In this document: one piece after another, positions 41,430 to 52,271 of the stretch | Numbering within the stretch: position 1 is the stretch's first letter | Layout of the letters: every line of letters begins with the position of its first letter | Virus record (IMG/VR): IMGVR_UViG_3300028833_000053 | From: a virus | Lineage: Duplodnaviria; Caudoviricetes | Reading direction: 5' to 3' (one strand) | DNA: 64,000 bases | Notes under the pieces: generated by a model | Seen by the model: the letters and a program-made list of their open reading frames with translations, nothing else | What the model was told of the DNA's origin: nothing | The model's database searches: none | Program-made: the position numbers and the translations under genes

Positions 41430-42194
41430 ATGAACCTTGGAATACCAGATTGTTGCCCCGTGTGTGGGGGAAAGCTTGAAGTCCTTGAAAGCAAGGATGG
41501 AATCAAGAACCTCTTTTGCGTGAACGAGAAATGCCCTTCACGGTTCAACGAGCAGGTCTCCGCGTTCTGCGAAAGGCTTGGCATCATGGGCGTGTCAAAC
41601 ACAACCCTTGAGAATTGGGGCATCAAGACCATACAGGACATTGTTGGATTTACCCCAAATCCGGCATACAAGTCCGAGGTGAAGTTCTCGGAGGAACTTG
41701 ACAAGAAGATGTGGACTGCAAGCAAGGAGAGCATTTTCGTTGCATTGTCTGCGCTTGTCTATGGCGTTGGACGCAGAGAAATGAAGAAGTTCTGGGACAA
41801 CTACGCCCCAACTTGTCTGCATGGCAACATTTCAATTTCCGACCCATCTGTGAAGGAGCAGGCAATCCTTGACAACCTCGATGTTGTTGGAGAGGCGTTT
41901 GATTCCATCGTGCAGAATTCCAAGTACAAGGAACCGGTTGTGGTTGAGACATCCAAGGTTGAATCCACGAAGGGAAGCATCTGCTTCACAGGCAAGTTGG
42001 AGACAATGACCCGTTCCGTTGCACAGGAAAAGGCGAGGAATCTGGGCTATGAGATTGCAGAGTCCGTGGCGAAGGGTCTGGGAACTTTGGTTGTTGCTGA
42101 CGCCGGGTTGAAGGGAGAGCCATCGTCAAAGTTGAAGAAGGCTCAGAAACTCGGAATCAGGATAATGAGTGAGTCAGAGTTCAACGCCCTGTAA
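41430..42194 (+). CDS. ligA: NAD-dependent DNA ligase, C-terminal half (zinc finger, HhH, BRCT)
   Basis: CPVCG...FCVNEKCP; ICFTGKLETMTRS...SSKLKKAQKLGIRIMSESEF. Confidence 0.85.
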   Translation: MNLGIPDCCPVCGGKLEVLESKDGIKNLFCVNEKCPSRFNEQVSAFCERLGIMGVSNTTLENWGIKTIQDIVGFTPNPAYKSEVKFSEELDKKMWTASKESIFVALSALVYGVGRREMKKFWDNYAPTCLHGNISISDPSVKEQAILDNLDVVGEAFDSIVQNSKYKEPVVVETSKVESTKGSICFTGKLETMTRSVAQEKARNLGYEIAESVAKGLGTLVVADAGLKGEPSSKLKKAQKLGIRIMSESEFNAL

Positions 42195-43568
42195 AGGAGA
42201 GCAAGACATGTACGGAGACAGGAACACAATCAAGGACAAGTTGCCGAGCTGGTGGAGATATGGCGACCCGCTCTACTACTGCGAAGAGGACGACACCCTT
42301 TGGACTTCCCAGGCCGAAGTGTCGATCCATTGGCATGACATCCGCATCAAGAACGTCGTGAATCTTCTCTACAAGGCGCGGAACGAGGCTGCCGAACATC
42401 TGGCCGGAATGAACAGATGCAAGAGCATGTATCCAGTATACCAGAAGGAGATTGACAGAGCCAACGAACGTCTCAAGGTGCTTATGGCTTCAAGGGATTG
42501 GCGCGAGACGAACGCTTCACATGCCGAAAAGAGGCGCGAGGTGGTGACTCTTCAGTACAAAAGGTACGAGTGGCTTGACAAGCTCCACAATGAGCAGAAG
42601 GTGTTTGCTCAGCTGAAGGTGGCGTACAAGATGGCGAAGGAGGCTGTTGCTGACTTTGAGAAGATGCTCAAGGATTATCAGACCAAAAGGGATGCCGCAA
42701 GGGAACGCTGCAAGGCGCAGGAAGCCGAGAAGAACAAGGAGAAGTAAGAAATGAAAACATTTATGGTATTCATTGGAATAGTTGCGGTGTTCATCGCAAT
42801 CCTTGTTGTCAGTCTGAACGTTGAGAAGCGCAACGCCATACGGGACTACAATGGTGGATTCCACAGAGAGTGCGGAGGAAAGTGGGATTTGTATTCTGCC
42901 GCTCATGTGTGGAATTCTGGAACGGTCTACTACTACAAGTGCTTGAAGTGCGGTGAGAAGTTCTCCACACGATTCGCAGACTTAAAGGATGGGAAGAAGT
43001 GAAATGCACACATACATGAAGAAGAGCCCGGTCTACTACGCCGTTTCCATTCAGGGATTCCATAACAAGTTTGGCTGGTATCTTTGTAATGAAACGGAAG
43101 TCGAGTTGGTGGAGTTTGCAAAGATGGTCAATGCTTCCTGGGCTTGGAACATGAAAACGGGGGTTCTTTCATTCAAGGACAAGTCGGAGGGGGTAAAGCT
43201 CAACAGACCCGAACATGTCAAGATTGGGGATGTTGTTGTTGCCTATAACGATTGGGAGAAATGGCGCGTTGATGTTTGGACTTCCGAGGATTTTGAGAAG
43301 AAGTTTATCAAGCTTGAACGAATGGGAAACTGACAATGGCTACGAAGAAAACTCAGACGATAACCGAGGTCAAGGACTTCAATGGAACACCCGTCCATGT
43401 TGGGGACTTGGTTGTGTATATCGCAAAGACCTATTGCACGGCCAACCTTGCATTTGGAAAAGTGTCTGCCCTTTCAAGGGTCTTTGGTCAGGATTGCGTG
43501 GTCATCAAGCGCGATGGCTGCGATTGGGTAGAGGCAAAGCCAACGTCCAGAAGCATATACAAGGTGGG

Positions 43569-43597
43569 TTGACAAACAGAAAGAATTATGATATACT
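43569..43597 (+). promoter_or_regulatory. Sigma70-like promoter
   Basis: TTGACA-N17-TATACT. Confidence 0.75.
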
Positions 43598-43618
43598 ATA
43601 GGTGAAAGGACACAATTT

Positions 43619-44716
43619 ATGGATTCAATGTTGAAAGCGAGAATTGCATCTGCGAACTCCGCGTATAGGCGCGGCGAACCTGTCATGTCAGACCAGGAGT
43701 ATGACGACCTTCTTGATGATTTCAGGAAAACCGTCACTCCAGAGCAGTATGAGGATTTCATTTCCGGGTTGAACGAAGGTGTCGTTGAACTGGATGATGG
43801 CAAGGTCAAGCATCCCTACATTATGGGGTCGTTGGAGAAGCTGAAGTACGAGGAGCCCGAAACCGTCAAGAAGTGGATTAAGGAGAATATCGTTGGGAAA
43901 ATGTCAGTGTCCGCGAAGGTTGATGGCATTTCCTCACGCGCCGAATATCGCAACGGCAAGCTCGTCTCCCTCACCACGCGAGGTGACGGCTACATGGGAA
44001 TGGATATCACCTCCAAGGCGAAATACGTCAAGGGGCTTCCATCTGAGATTCCCTATGGCGTGTGGGACAATTTCACGGGTTCCATCCGCGGCGAGCTTGT
44101 CATCATGCGCGAGGACTTCGAGAGCATCAAGGACAAGTACGCCAATCCACGCAACGCTTGCGCCGGCATCATGAACCGCAAGGACGGCGACAGGAAGTTC
44201 AACGAGTCAGAGGCAAGGCTTGTGTCCTTTGTCCCCTACACCGTTCTTGGGAACCAGTATGCCAAGGAAGAGCAGTTTGGTTTCCTTGAGGATGTTGGAT
44301 TCAACGTGGCATGGAACGTTCTCATTGACAAGAGCGGCATTGACGACACCATCGTTGATTGGCTTTTCAAGACGGCCCAGGACGAGCTTCCCTATGAAAC
44401 TGATGGACTTGTGATTTGCGATTCCGAATGGAGGAACGAGGACAAGTACCGTCCCGATGGATGCAAGGCGTTCAAGATCAATCAGAGCGCGGGCATCACG
44501 AAAATCATCGGCTTTGACTGGGGTACGCCCAGTGCGAATGGCAAGTTCACGCCAGTTGCCCTTCTTGAGCCAATTCAGCTCGCCGGTACGACAGTGAAGC
44601 GCGTGACCTGCAACAACATCACATGGATTGAGAAGATGGGCATTGAGATTGGCAAGACCGTCAAGGTTTGCAAGCGAGGAGAAATCATACCTGCTATTGA
44701 AGAAGTGTTGGATTAA
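43619..44716 (+). CDS. ligA: NAD-dependent DNA ligase, N-terminal half (adenylation plus OB domains)
   Basis: MSDQEYD, MGSLEK, KVDG, TRGDG, RGE, NPRNACAG, DGLV, AFK, TPVALLEPI, RGEIIP. Confidence 0.9.
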   Translation: MDSMLKARIASANSAYRRGEPVMSDQEYDDLLDDFRKTVTPEQYEDFISGLNEGVVELDDGKVKHPYIMGSLEKLKYEEPETVKKWIKENIVGKMSVSAKVDGISSRAEYRNGKLVSLTTRGDGYMGMDITSKAKYVKGLPSEIPYGVWDNFTGSIRGELVIMREDFESIKDKYANPRNACAGIMNRKDGDRKFNESEARLVSFVPYTVLGNQYAKEEQFGFLEDVGFNVAWNVLIDKSGIDDTIVDWLFKTAQDELPYETDGLVICDSEWRNEDKYRPDGCKAFKINQSAGITKIIGFDWGTPSANGKFTPVALLEPIQLAGTTVKRVTCNNITWIEKMGIEIGKTVKVCKRGEIIPAIEEVLD

Positions 44717-44738
44717 AAACAAATAATATGGTATTTGA

Positions 44739-44769
44739 TAAAACCGAGTGAATATTCACTCGGTTTTAT
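44739..44769. terminator. Palindromic terminator-like hairpin
   Basis: TAAAACCGAGTGAAT/ATTCACTCGGTTTTA perfect inverted repeat. Confidence 0.7.
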
Positions 44770-44861
44770 TTTGTATAATTGTAAATAGTAAAGAACGAGG
44801 TTGGATGAAACTCGGAATCTCAACCAACCTCTAACCACAAACAATAATCGAGGTATTGAAT

Positions 44862-45998
44862 ATGGCTAATAAAAATTATACTCATTTCACAGGATAGGAA
44901 TTACTGGATGCGGTAGACTGCATATTTGCAAACACAAATAGAAGACTTCCAGCTACAATAAAGAAATACAATCCTGACTTGCTTTTAGAAATTGAACGCA
45001 GAACACAGTTTCTTAATGCGTTCTATGAGCAACGAAAAAGCAATGTTCCAATTGGTGCAAGACTATTTTGCATTGAACACAATTTGAATTCACAACCAAT
45101 ATGTCAAAACCAAAATTGTCCAAATCATAGTCCAGTTGAATGGAGACATGCAACACAATCGTTTGCTCCACATTGTTCTTGCAGTTGCGCTCAATCAGAC
45201 CCACAAGTTAAAAATCAAATAGAAAAAACCAATGTAGCAAAATATGGCAGTAAAAATGTATTTCAATCTGAAGTGATAAAGAATCGGATACTGAATACTA
45301 TGCGAAACAAATATAATGTGGATAATCCTTCTCAATCTTCAGAAATACAAAAGAAGAAAATTGAAACCTTTATCAAACATTACAACACAACACATCCATT
45401 AAAATGTAAATCAATAAAAGATAAGGTACGAGCAACAAACGAGGAACGTTATGGTGGTCCGGCTCCCATGTGTGATAAAAGTGTTCAGAGAAAAATGGAG
45501 AAAACATGTGAATTTCGCTATGGTGGTATAGGATTTGCATCAGAAGAATTGGCGAAAAAGTCTATTGAGACAACAGTAAAGATATATGGTAAAACACCAA
45601 TTGAATTGGGGCATGAAGCGGCGAAAATAATATCTAAGTCGAAATCCGAAATTGAACTTGACAACTATGTATCTACTATTTGCAATTGTGAAATTGAATT
45701 TAATTGTCGCACAATACTTAAGAATGACCGAGAACTTGACATCTACATTCCATCAAAGAATCTGGCTATTGAATTCAATGGCGACTATTGGCATATGAAT
45801 CCACGATTATATGACGAGAGTTATTACAATTCACAGTCTCAATGTACGGCAAAGGAGAAGTGGGAATATGATAAACTGAAACAGGAAGAATGCCAATCTC
45901 TCGGAATCAAGTTGATTGTTGTATGGGAATATGACTGGATTCATTCTCGAACTGATGTTGAAAACATGCTGCGTACTGAATTTACAAAATCCAGATAA
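44862..45998 (+). CDS. Putative homing endonuclease (Vsr/DUF559-like PD-(D/E)xK C-terminus, KYG repeats); TAG at codon 12
   Basis: ATG 44862 after GAGG RBS, TAG 44895; ELDIYIPSKNLAIEFNGDYWH...GIKLIVVWEYDW; AT-rich; GTAAATA at 44781. Confidence 0.8.
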
Positions 45999-46357
45999 TG
46001 TGGTATAATATGACAAAGGAGAATTTGAACAGATGAGCAAGCCAACAAAGACACAGATTCATTTGACATTGGAAGCCAAGCAGGTAGTCAATCTTGCCGT
46101 TGGACATTCAGATGTTCACGATGTCGTATGGGTGAGGAATTACAAGAAGGGTAGAAACCCAATGCAATTTCCCAAGTTCGGACAATGGAAGACCTTTGAC
46201 GAAATAAAAAAGTCTCTGAAGCAGGAGATTGAGAAGAGGTTTCCGAAGGACGCATTTCCCTTCAAGCAGCCAGAAGGCAAAATCACATTGTATCGCCGAA
46301 ACGAGGAGGACAAGGAATATCTCTGGGACATGGGAGACTTTGACGTGGAGTGAAATT

Positions 46358-47003
46358 ATGGCCGAGAAGAGAAAGAAGCACAAGAAGGTGAAGGTCTACG
46401 AGTGCAAGCACTTCAAGTCAGACTCTGACGATTTCAGCAGGTGGATTCATTGCAGGAACCGCGACCTCCCCTGGAATCAGTGCATTTGCGAAAACGTCTA
46501 CGCCAGAAAACTTTGCCCTTGCTTCAAACGCGGTGCTCTTCTTGGCGAGTTCGACAGACTTCCTGAAATCAACACTGATGAGTGGAAGGAGAAATTTGCC
46601 AATGAGTTCAAGTCCGTGATAAAGGAACTTGAATGGGAAATTGAGGACAAGCAGGAAACTCTGGATATCTTGAAGAAAAGGATGGAGAAGTATGGCTGAC
46701 CTGGGAAACAAGGTTGACATTTACGAATGCGCCCATTTCGAGTACGAGTACGATGACTTTGGAAAGTATTGCTGGTGTCATTGCCCCGAAAGCGGACATA
46801 GGGAATGCCCCAGTGAGAAAATCTACGCAATGCAGTTCTGCCCCTGCTTCAAGAAGGGTGAACGCAGGGGCGCATGGGAACCTGACCCCTATGAACTGGA
46901 ATACGCGGAGAGGTTCAAGAAGAGGATGAACAGAGAATCCATTGAAAGGGAAATGAAGGAACGTGCCATGTTGCACTATCTGAAGGAGAAATACGAGCCA
47001 TGA
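46358..47003 (+). repeat. Two tandem paralogous Cys-rich genes (46358-46699, 46692-47003)
   Basis: VxxYECxHF...WxHC...YAxxxCPCFKxG in both. Confidence 0.7.
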
Positions 47004-48022
47004 GCAAATTGAAGTACAGAGACATGAGGACAAAGTGCGAATTATTCTACCTGGACAACCCCGAATTCGCGGAAGAGCCGTGGAAGCATCCCGACCCTTC
47101 CATTCATGTTGTCGAGGTGTTCAAGGTTCATTCGTTCAACGAGGCAATTGAGTACACGAAGAACTACAATCTTCAGCACTCCGACCACAGGTATTTCTGG
47201 AGACACAAGCATGAAAAGGGCGACTATGGCTTGTGGCACGAGGATGGCGTTTGCAGTTGGGGATTGTCCGACGTTGACAACTACTTCGTTGACAAGATAG
47301 CGAAGGAACGCATCAAGCTGCGGGAATTGGATAGCAGCAAGATGTTGTATGAAGATGAATACAACGCGAAGAAGGATGCCATTCTTGAAAGGGTTGGACG
47401 TATCCGCAGAAGGTCAAGGAACAAAGTCATACGTTTCTTCGTGAAGTCCGGCATGGCGATTTCCGACTGGTGCGGATGGTATTTGAAGGACAAGTGGATT
47501 GAGAAGCACAAGGACCGCAAGTGGAAGCGCGAACGTCTGGCGTATTGGAAGAAGAACAAGCATGACATCCAGGAGAGCTGGAATCTTGAACTGCATCTTC
47601 TTGGGGACTTGAAGTGGAACTTGAAGCGTCTGAATGAAGAGGGCTACGGCATAAACTCCGAGTTCATTCGGGACATCGTTATGGAAGACCACAAGGACGA
47701 ACCTGATTTTGACTACACCAAGTTCATGGAGAAGTTCTGGATGGGTGGTTCCGTTGGTGACGTTGAGGACCGTGCGATTCAACGTCAGAAAGAAACTTAC
47801 GAGCGCATTTGCCATTTGGTTGACCTCTACACTTTCTACTACAACTCCGAGGTTGATGGCGAGGAAGTGAACGAAAAGACACGCACCGATGATATGAGGG
47901 AAATCTACATCCCCGAGACCTATGACATGATTGACTACATGGCTATGTCCGAAAAGGGCAAGGAAGCCTGGAACGAGATTTGGGACTTGGTGAAGAGGTA
48001 CGGACAGCAGATGAACGATTAA
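47000..48022 (+). CDS. Hypothetical protein
   Basis: 340-aa coupled ORF. Confidence 0.7.
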   Translation: MSKLKYRDMRTKCELFYLDNPEFAEEPWKHPDPSIHVVEVFKVHSFNEAIEYTKNYNLQHSDHRYFWRHKHEKGDYGLWHEDGVCSWGLSDVDNYFVDKIAKERIKLRELDSSKMLYEDEYNAKKDAILERVGRIRRRSRNKVIRFFVKSGMAISDWCGWYLKDKWIEKHKDRKWKRERLAYWKKNKHDIQESWNLELHLLGDLKWNLKRLNEEGYGINSEFIRDIVMEDHKDEPDFDYTKFMEKFWMGGSVGDVEDRAIQRQKETYERICHLVDLYTFYYNSEVDGEEVNEKTRTDDMREIYIPETYDMIDYMAMSEKGKEAWNEIWDLVKRYGQQMND

Positions 48023-48036
48023 TGGTAAATATCCGT

Positions 48037-48324
48037 ATGATTTCATACGAATATGTACCGCACAACATCTGCACCCAACTCATAAAGCTGGTGATAGACG
48101 ATTCCAACGACACCGTGAATTCAATTTACATTCTTGGTGGTTGTCATGGTAATTTGACCGCGATAATGAGGATGATGAAGGGAAAGTCCGTACAGGAGTG
48201 CATAAATTGCTTTCAGGGAATAATCTGTGGCCGCAGGGGAACTTCTTGTCCAGACCAGATAGCAAAGGCTTTGGAACTGTATGTGAAAGGACAATGCGAA
48301 AATGGAAAAAGATATGAAGGATAA
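48037..48324 (+). CDS. TSCPD-domain protein (TIGR03905-like, ribonucleotide reductase-associated)
   Basis: GGCHGNL...GIICGRRGTSCPDQIAKAL. Confidence 0.85.
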   Translation: MISYEYVPHNICTQLIKLVIDDSNDTVNSIYILGGCHGNLTAIMRMMKGKSVQECINCFQGIICGRRGTSCPDQIAKALELYVKGQCENGKRYEG

Positions 48325-48694
48325 CAAGGACATTCGGAAAGACGCGGAAAAACTTTCTAAACTCATAGGTTTGACTGTTGTTTCCAAGGAAGAGTGCTGG
48401 GACGAGACGCGCAAGATGTTTCGTAAGTTCTATTCTATCAAGGGGATTTCGTGCGTGGAACTTGAAATAGAGCCAAGGCCGCACATATATCTGAAGTTCA
48501 CGGATGGAACTGGACGTATCATATGCTCATTGGGGGAGTTTGAGAAATACACCGCGAAAATAGACGAATACGGTTCCATTCTTGAATACCTTACATGTGT
48601 GGGCTTTTCCACGCTTGACCTTTGATTTCTTCCCTTAAATTGTAAATATTACCAATGAAAGAACACATCCAGATTTTTCAGGGGTAATATCGCA

Positions 48695-49663
48695 ATGGAA
48701 GAAGATTTGACATCAAAGACAATTGGCTATGTGGTTCCGCCTTACGTGCAACCACCTCCACCGCCACCTCCTCCACTACCGCCGCTACCACCTCCGCCAC
48801 CACCGGCTTTCGTATAGGGGTGGATAACGTACATCAACTCGTACATGGACATACGTCTGAAGCAGATGTATGACAAAATAGCGCGTGGTTATTTCATAAT
48901 CGACGAGGCGAGCTTTGACCAGATGAGGGTCAATGACATCATTCTTGGCGGCAAGAGCCTGCGGGCAATAATACAGAAGTTGCTTGGTATGCAGCCGTTG
49001 CCACCACCTCCGGCACCTCCGCCACCTGCCCCAATACCTGTTCCTGTGCCACCTCCACCAGTTCCGGTGCCATATCTTCCAATTGCACCGGTGCCGCCAC
49101 CTCCATATGCTGCATATCCTTATGCACCACCTCCGGGGATGGATATTGATGGCTTGATTGCGTATTTCAACCAGTACGTTCAGGACGTTGGAAAGAAAAT
49201 TTACGAAAAGCTGAAGAGCTACGAAAAGACCCCACATACGCATATCTGGTTGAAGGACAGGTCAACGGCGCACATCCACGAGCTTATTGTTGAGAATGGC
49301 GTTATCAAGACCAATGACCTTGGTGAGATTAATTGCGATGATGATTGCACTTGCACTGATTGCGATTGCTCTTGCAGGCACAAGGAGCGTGACGACGTTG
49401 CGTTCAACCGTCTCTTGATGACCGACAGGTTGACAAAGAACGTATACGAGATATTCGTGGACAACGGTGTTCTTATGACAAACTTGTTCAGGGGAGATTA
49501 GGAAGATTCTTCTGGAAGTGGATTGATTGATTCTACGGATGGAAACATAATAGATTCAATTGACGATCAACAGCCTTGCTCGCATCGTCCTCATCCACCA
49601 CCGTATCCTCCTTTCCCTCCGCCTCCTCCACCGCACCCACATCATCACCATCATAAACAGTGA
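48695..49663 (+). CDS. Polyproline-rich protein (322 aa), two in-frame TAGs
   Basis: ATG 48695; TAG at 48815 and 49499; TGA at 49661; three poly-Pro tracts and a His-rich end. Confidence 0.75.
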
Positions 49664-49674
49664 GGTGAAACACA

Positions 49675-51114
49675 ATGGAAGGATATACTGACACAAGGGT
49701 ATTCGGCTATTATGGACAGCCTTATGCGTACATTCCCGTACCGTAGCCACCGGTGCCACCACCTGTGGCTCCGCCTCCCCCTCCTCCCCCGCCGCCGCCA
49801 CCGCCTCCATACATATATCCATATGCGCCGCCGCCCGAGGTGAAGCAGCACGAAGAACCAGATCCACCAATAGGAAGTGTGCCTTTGTTTTCGTTCTCCG
49901 TCATTTCGGATGTGCATTTGAACGATGAGACGGATGAATCGGGTTGCGATGACTTGAAGCATTTGTTCTACTTGCTTGGGCAAAGGAATTATCTTGACGA
50001 TTTCAACCTCAAGTACATTTGCTGTTGCGGTGACATTGGAAACAACGAAGACCACGAGTTTCCAACGTTTCAACGCATTGTGAAAAAACACTGCCCGATA
50101 GAGTCCGACAAGGTGTTTTCTTGTGCAGGCAATTACGATTAGGAATTGACCGCGGCACAATGGAAAGAGCAAATGTACGATGCAAGTTTGCATGAGAAAG
50201 TCACGTCCGACAAGAACTTCTCGTTTACGGAAGACAATTTCGTGTTCGCGTTCATGTCTTTGGCTACGCAAGAGGACACTTTGTCCGACGTTCCTGAAAG
50301 GAAATGCTATTTGGATGACGTGAACACGCATACAAGGGAATGGTTGACGGAAGTTGTTGAAAGCGCAAAGGGCAAGACCTTGTTTCTGTTCATGCACTAT
50401 CCTCTTGTCAACCGTCAGTGTGCGGACACCACCCAAGTTGATGTTCCCGTGTATGATTGGACAAGTGGAAGGTTTGACAGCCAAAGAATGAACGTTGCTT
50501 CAACTGCGGTTCCCTATGCGGGTTCCTTGGATCGTTGGTCTCTCCAAGAAGTGCCATTGCATTTTGGCTATGGCTTCCACACGCCTGTTGGAATTCAAGA
50601 CTACAGCATAAAGTCTGAATCAGAGTAGATAATTGAAATTTTGGACAGGCACGAAGAAGGAAAGACTTTCGTGTTCAGTGGACATTCTCATCTTGTGTTC
50701 CAAACGGAAAAGTACGATTACTTCAGTGCAACGGGGTATCCAAACTTCAACGTTGCTGCAATACCCGACACCAACATCGTTACGATACACGTTCCGGCGT
50801 TGAATCACCCAAGAATGTTGGCTGTAACCGATCCCGGAAACATAGCTGGATGGGATACGGTATCACCAGCTTCCCCCTATCGTCAACCTAGCCAGTCTTG
50901 GATAGTGACGGTATATGATGACAAGCTTGTTTTGAATGGGTTTGAATCCAATCTTAACCACGACAAGAAGTATGGGGATTTGCTGACTGACTACACCTAT
51001 ACCTTGAACTTGAATGATTATGTCACGCGGGATGAATAGCCCGGCGACGATGATGAAGGTGGTCATGGTGGAGATTCAGAAGTTGAACACTGGATTAGGA
51101 CACCCAAGAAGTGA
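49675..51114 (+). CDS. Metallophosphoesterase with an N-terminal polyproline tract (479 aa), four in-frame TAGs
   Basis: Motifs SDVH, CGDI, GNYD, MHYP and SGHSH fall in three standard-code fragments; TAGs at 49744, 50140, 50626 and 51037. Confidence 0.85.
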
Positions 51115-51159
51115 AAATAAAACAACCTTCCCAATCACGGGAAGGTTTGTTCATTTCTG

Positions 51160-51360
51160 TCATTTCAATTTCCAATCATCCCAGATGTAGGTTGAACTGT
51201 CTTGAAACCATTGGACGTTTATATTGATGTTGGTGCTTTGTGAAATCTGAACCACGTTTGTTTTCGTGTGGTTGGGTTCGGGCGTTGGTTCATCAGTTGG
51301 CAAGCAGGAAATCCCGCTAAACATCAAGACAATTGACGTGACAAGTATTTTCCAGTTCAT
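51160..51360 (-). CDS. Small exported, lipoprotein-like protein
   Basis: MNWKILVTSIVLMFSGISC; minus-strand GTAAATA at 51390-51396. Confidence 0.5.
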   Translation of the reverse strand: MNWKILVTSIVLMFSGISCLPTDEPTPEPNHTKTNVVQISQSTNININVQWFQDSSTYIWDDWKLK

Positions 51361-51463
51361 GTTGTGTGTTCCTCGTTGCGTGTGTATGTTATTTACCATT
51401 TGGTTTTTTGTTTGGAACATGGTAAATAATAGCAAATTGGGAATACAATGACGGTGCGAGGAT

Positions 51464-51760
51464 ATGGCAAAGTTCACTAAAAGAGAATCAGAAGAGGAAG
51501 AGGACGAGAAGGCAAAATCCCTTCGTTGCTTTGAGAATCAGCCAAACATCAACATGGTGATTCCCTGGCTTTACGAGATTAGCAAGTCCATGTCAAGTTC
51601 AAGAGACAGTGATGATGATGACGACAAGGCAAAGTCCTTGAAGTGCTTTGAAAACCAACCGAACATCAACATGGTGATTCCGTGGGTGTATCAAATATAC
51701 AAGTCCGTGAAATCTGGTGGTGGCTCAGGTGGAGAGACGATAGAATGGGATGAGGATTAA
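51464..51760 (+). CDS. Small protein made of two ~40-aa internal repeats
   Basis: KAKSL(R/K)CFENQPNINMVIPW(L/V)YxIxKS twice. Confidence 0.75.
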   Translation: MAKFTKRESEEEEDEKAKSLRCFENQPNINMVIPWLYEISKSMSSSRDSDDDDDKAKSLKCFENQPNINMVIPWVYQIYKSVKSGGGSGGETIEWDED

Positions 51761-51764
51761 GAAT

Positions 51765-52154
51765 ATGGGAACAAAAGTCACGTTCAAGATAGTTTCTTCG
51801 GGAAATCCATTTGTTTTTTCTACCAAGAAAAACGATTTGGTTCCTGATTATAAGGATGGTCAGATAATTTTCGTGGAAGATTAGTGCAAGATATACCTTG
51901 ACTTCCACGATGAGCGCAAGTGCTATACCCCAGACGTTCCTGTTTCATCCGGTGGATTGCGTTATCTGGGTATATTTGACGATGGATTTGATCAAGATGA
52001 TGAAACTACATGGAAAATTGGTGGAGACAGTGTTTCACCCAATGAAAATGACATGGCAGTTTATGGCAACAAGGAGTTCATGTACCGCAAGGGCGAGGAT
52101 GGGAAGTTTGGTTGGTTTGAAATCGGTGACGAAGACGCTCCTGTGTGGAATTGA
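51765..52154 (+). CDS. Putative tail-fibre-associated small protein; one in-frame TAG
   Basis: ATG 51765; DGQIIFVED(TAG)CKIYLDF; continues into ORF 51957. Confidence 0.65.
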
Positions 52155-52271
52155 TTGTGGTTTTTGGGGGATTTATTGTAAATATGACACAGGATTGAAT
52201 TTTCCCGTTAGACTGTGTGTCTTATGGGATTTGCAAATCAAATAACACACAAACAAAGAGGTAAAAGAATA

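Noticed and set aside
49556-49904. Gly- or Arg/Trp-rich minus-strand ORFs
   Set aside because: Antisense shadows of the polyproline tracts
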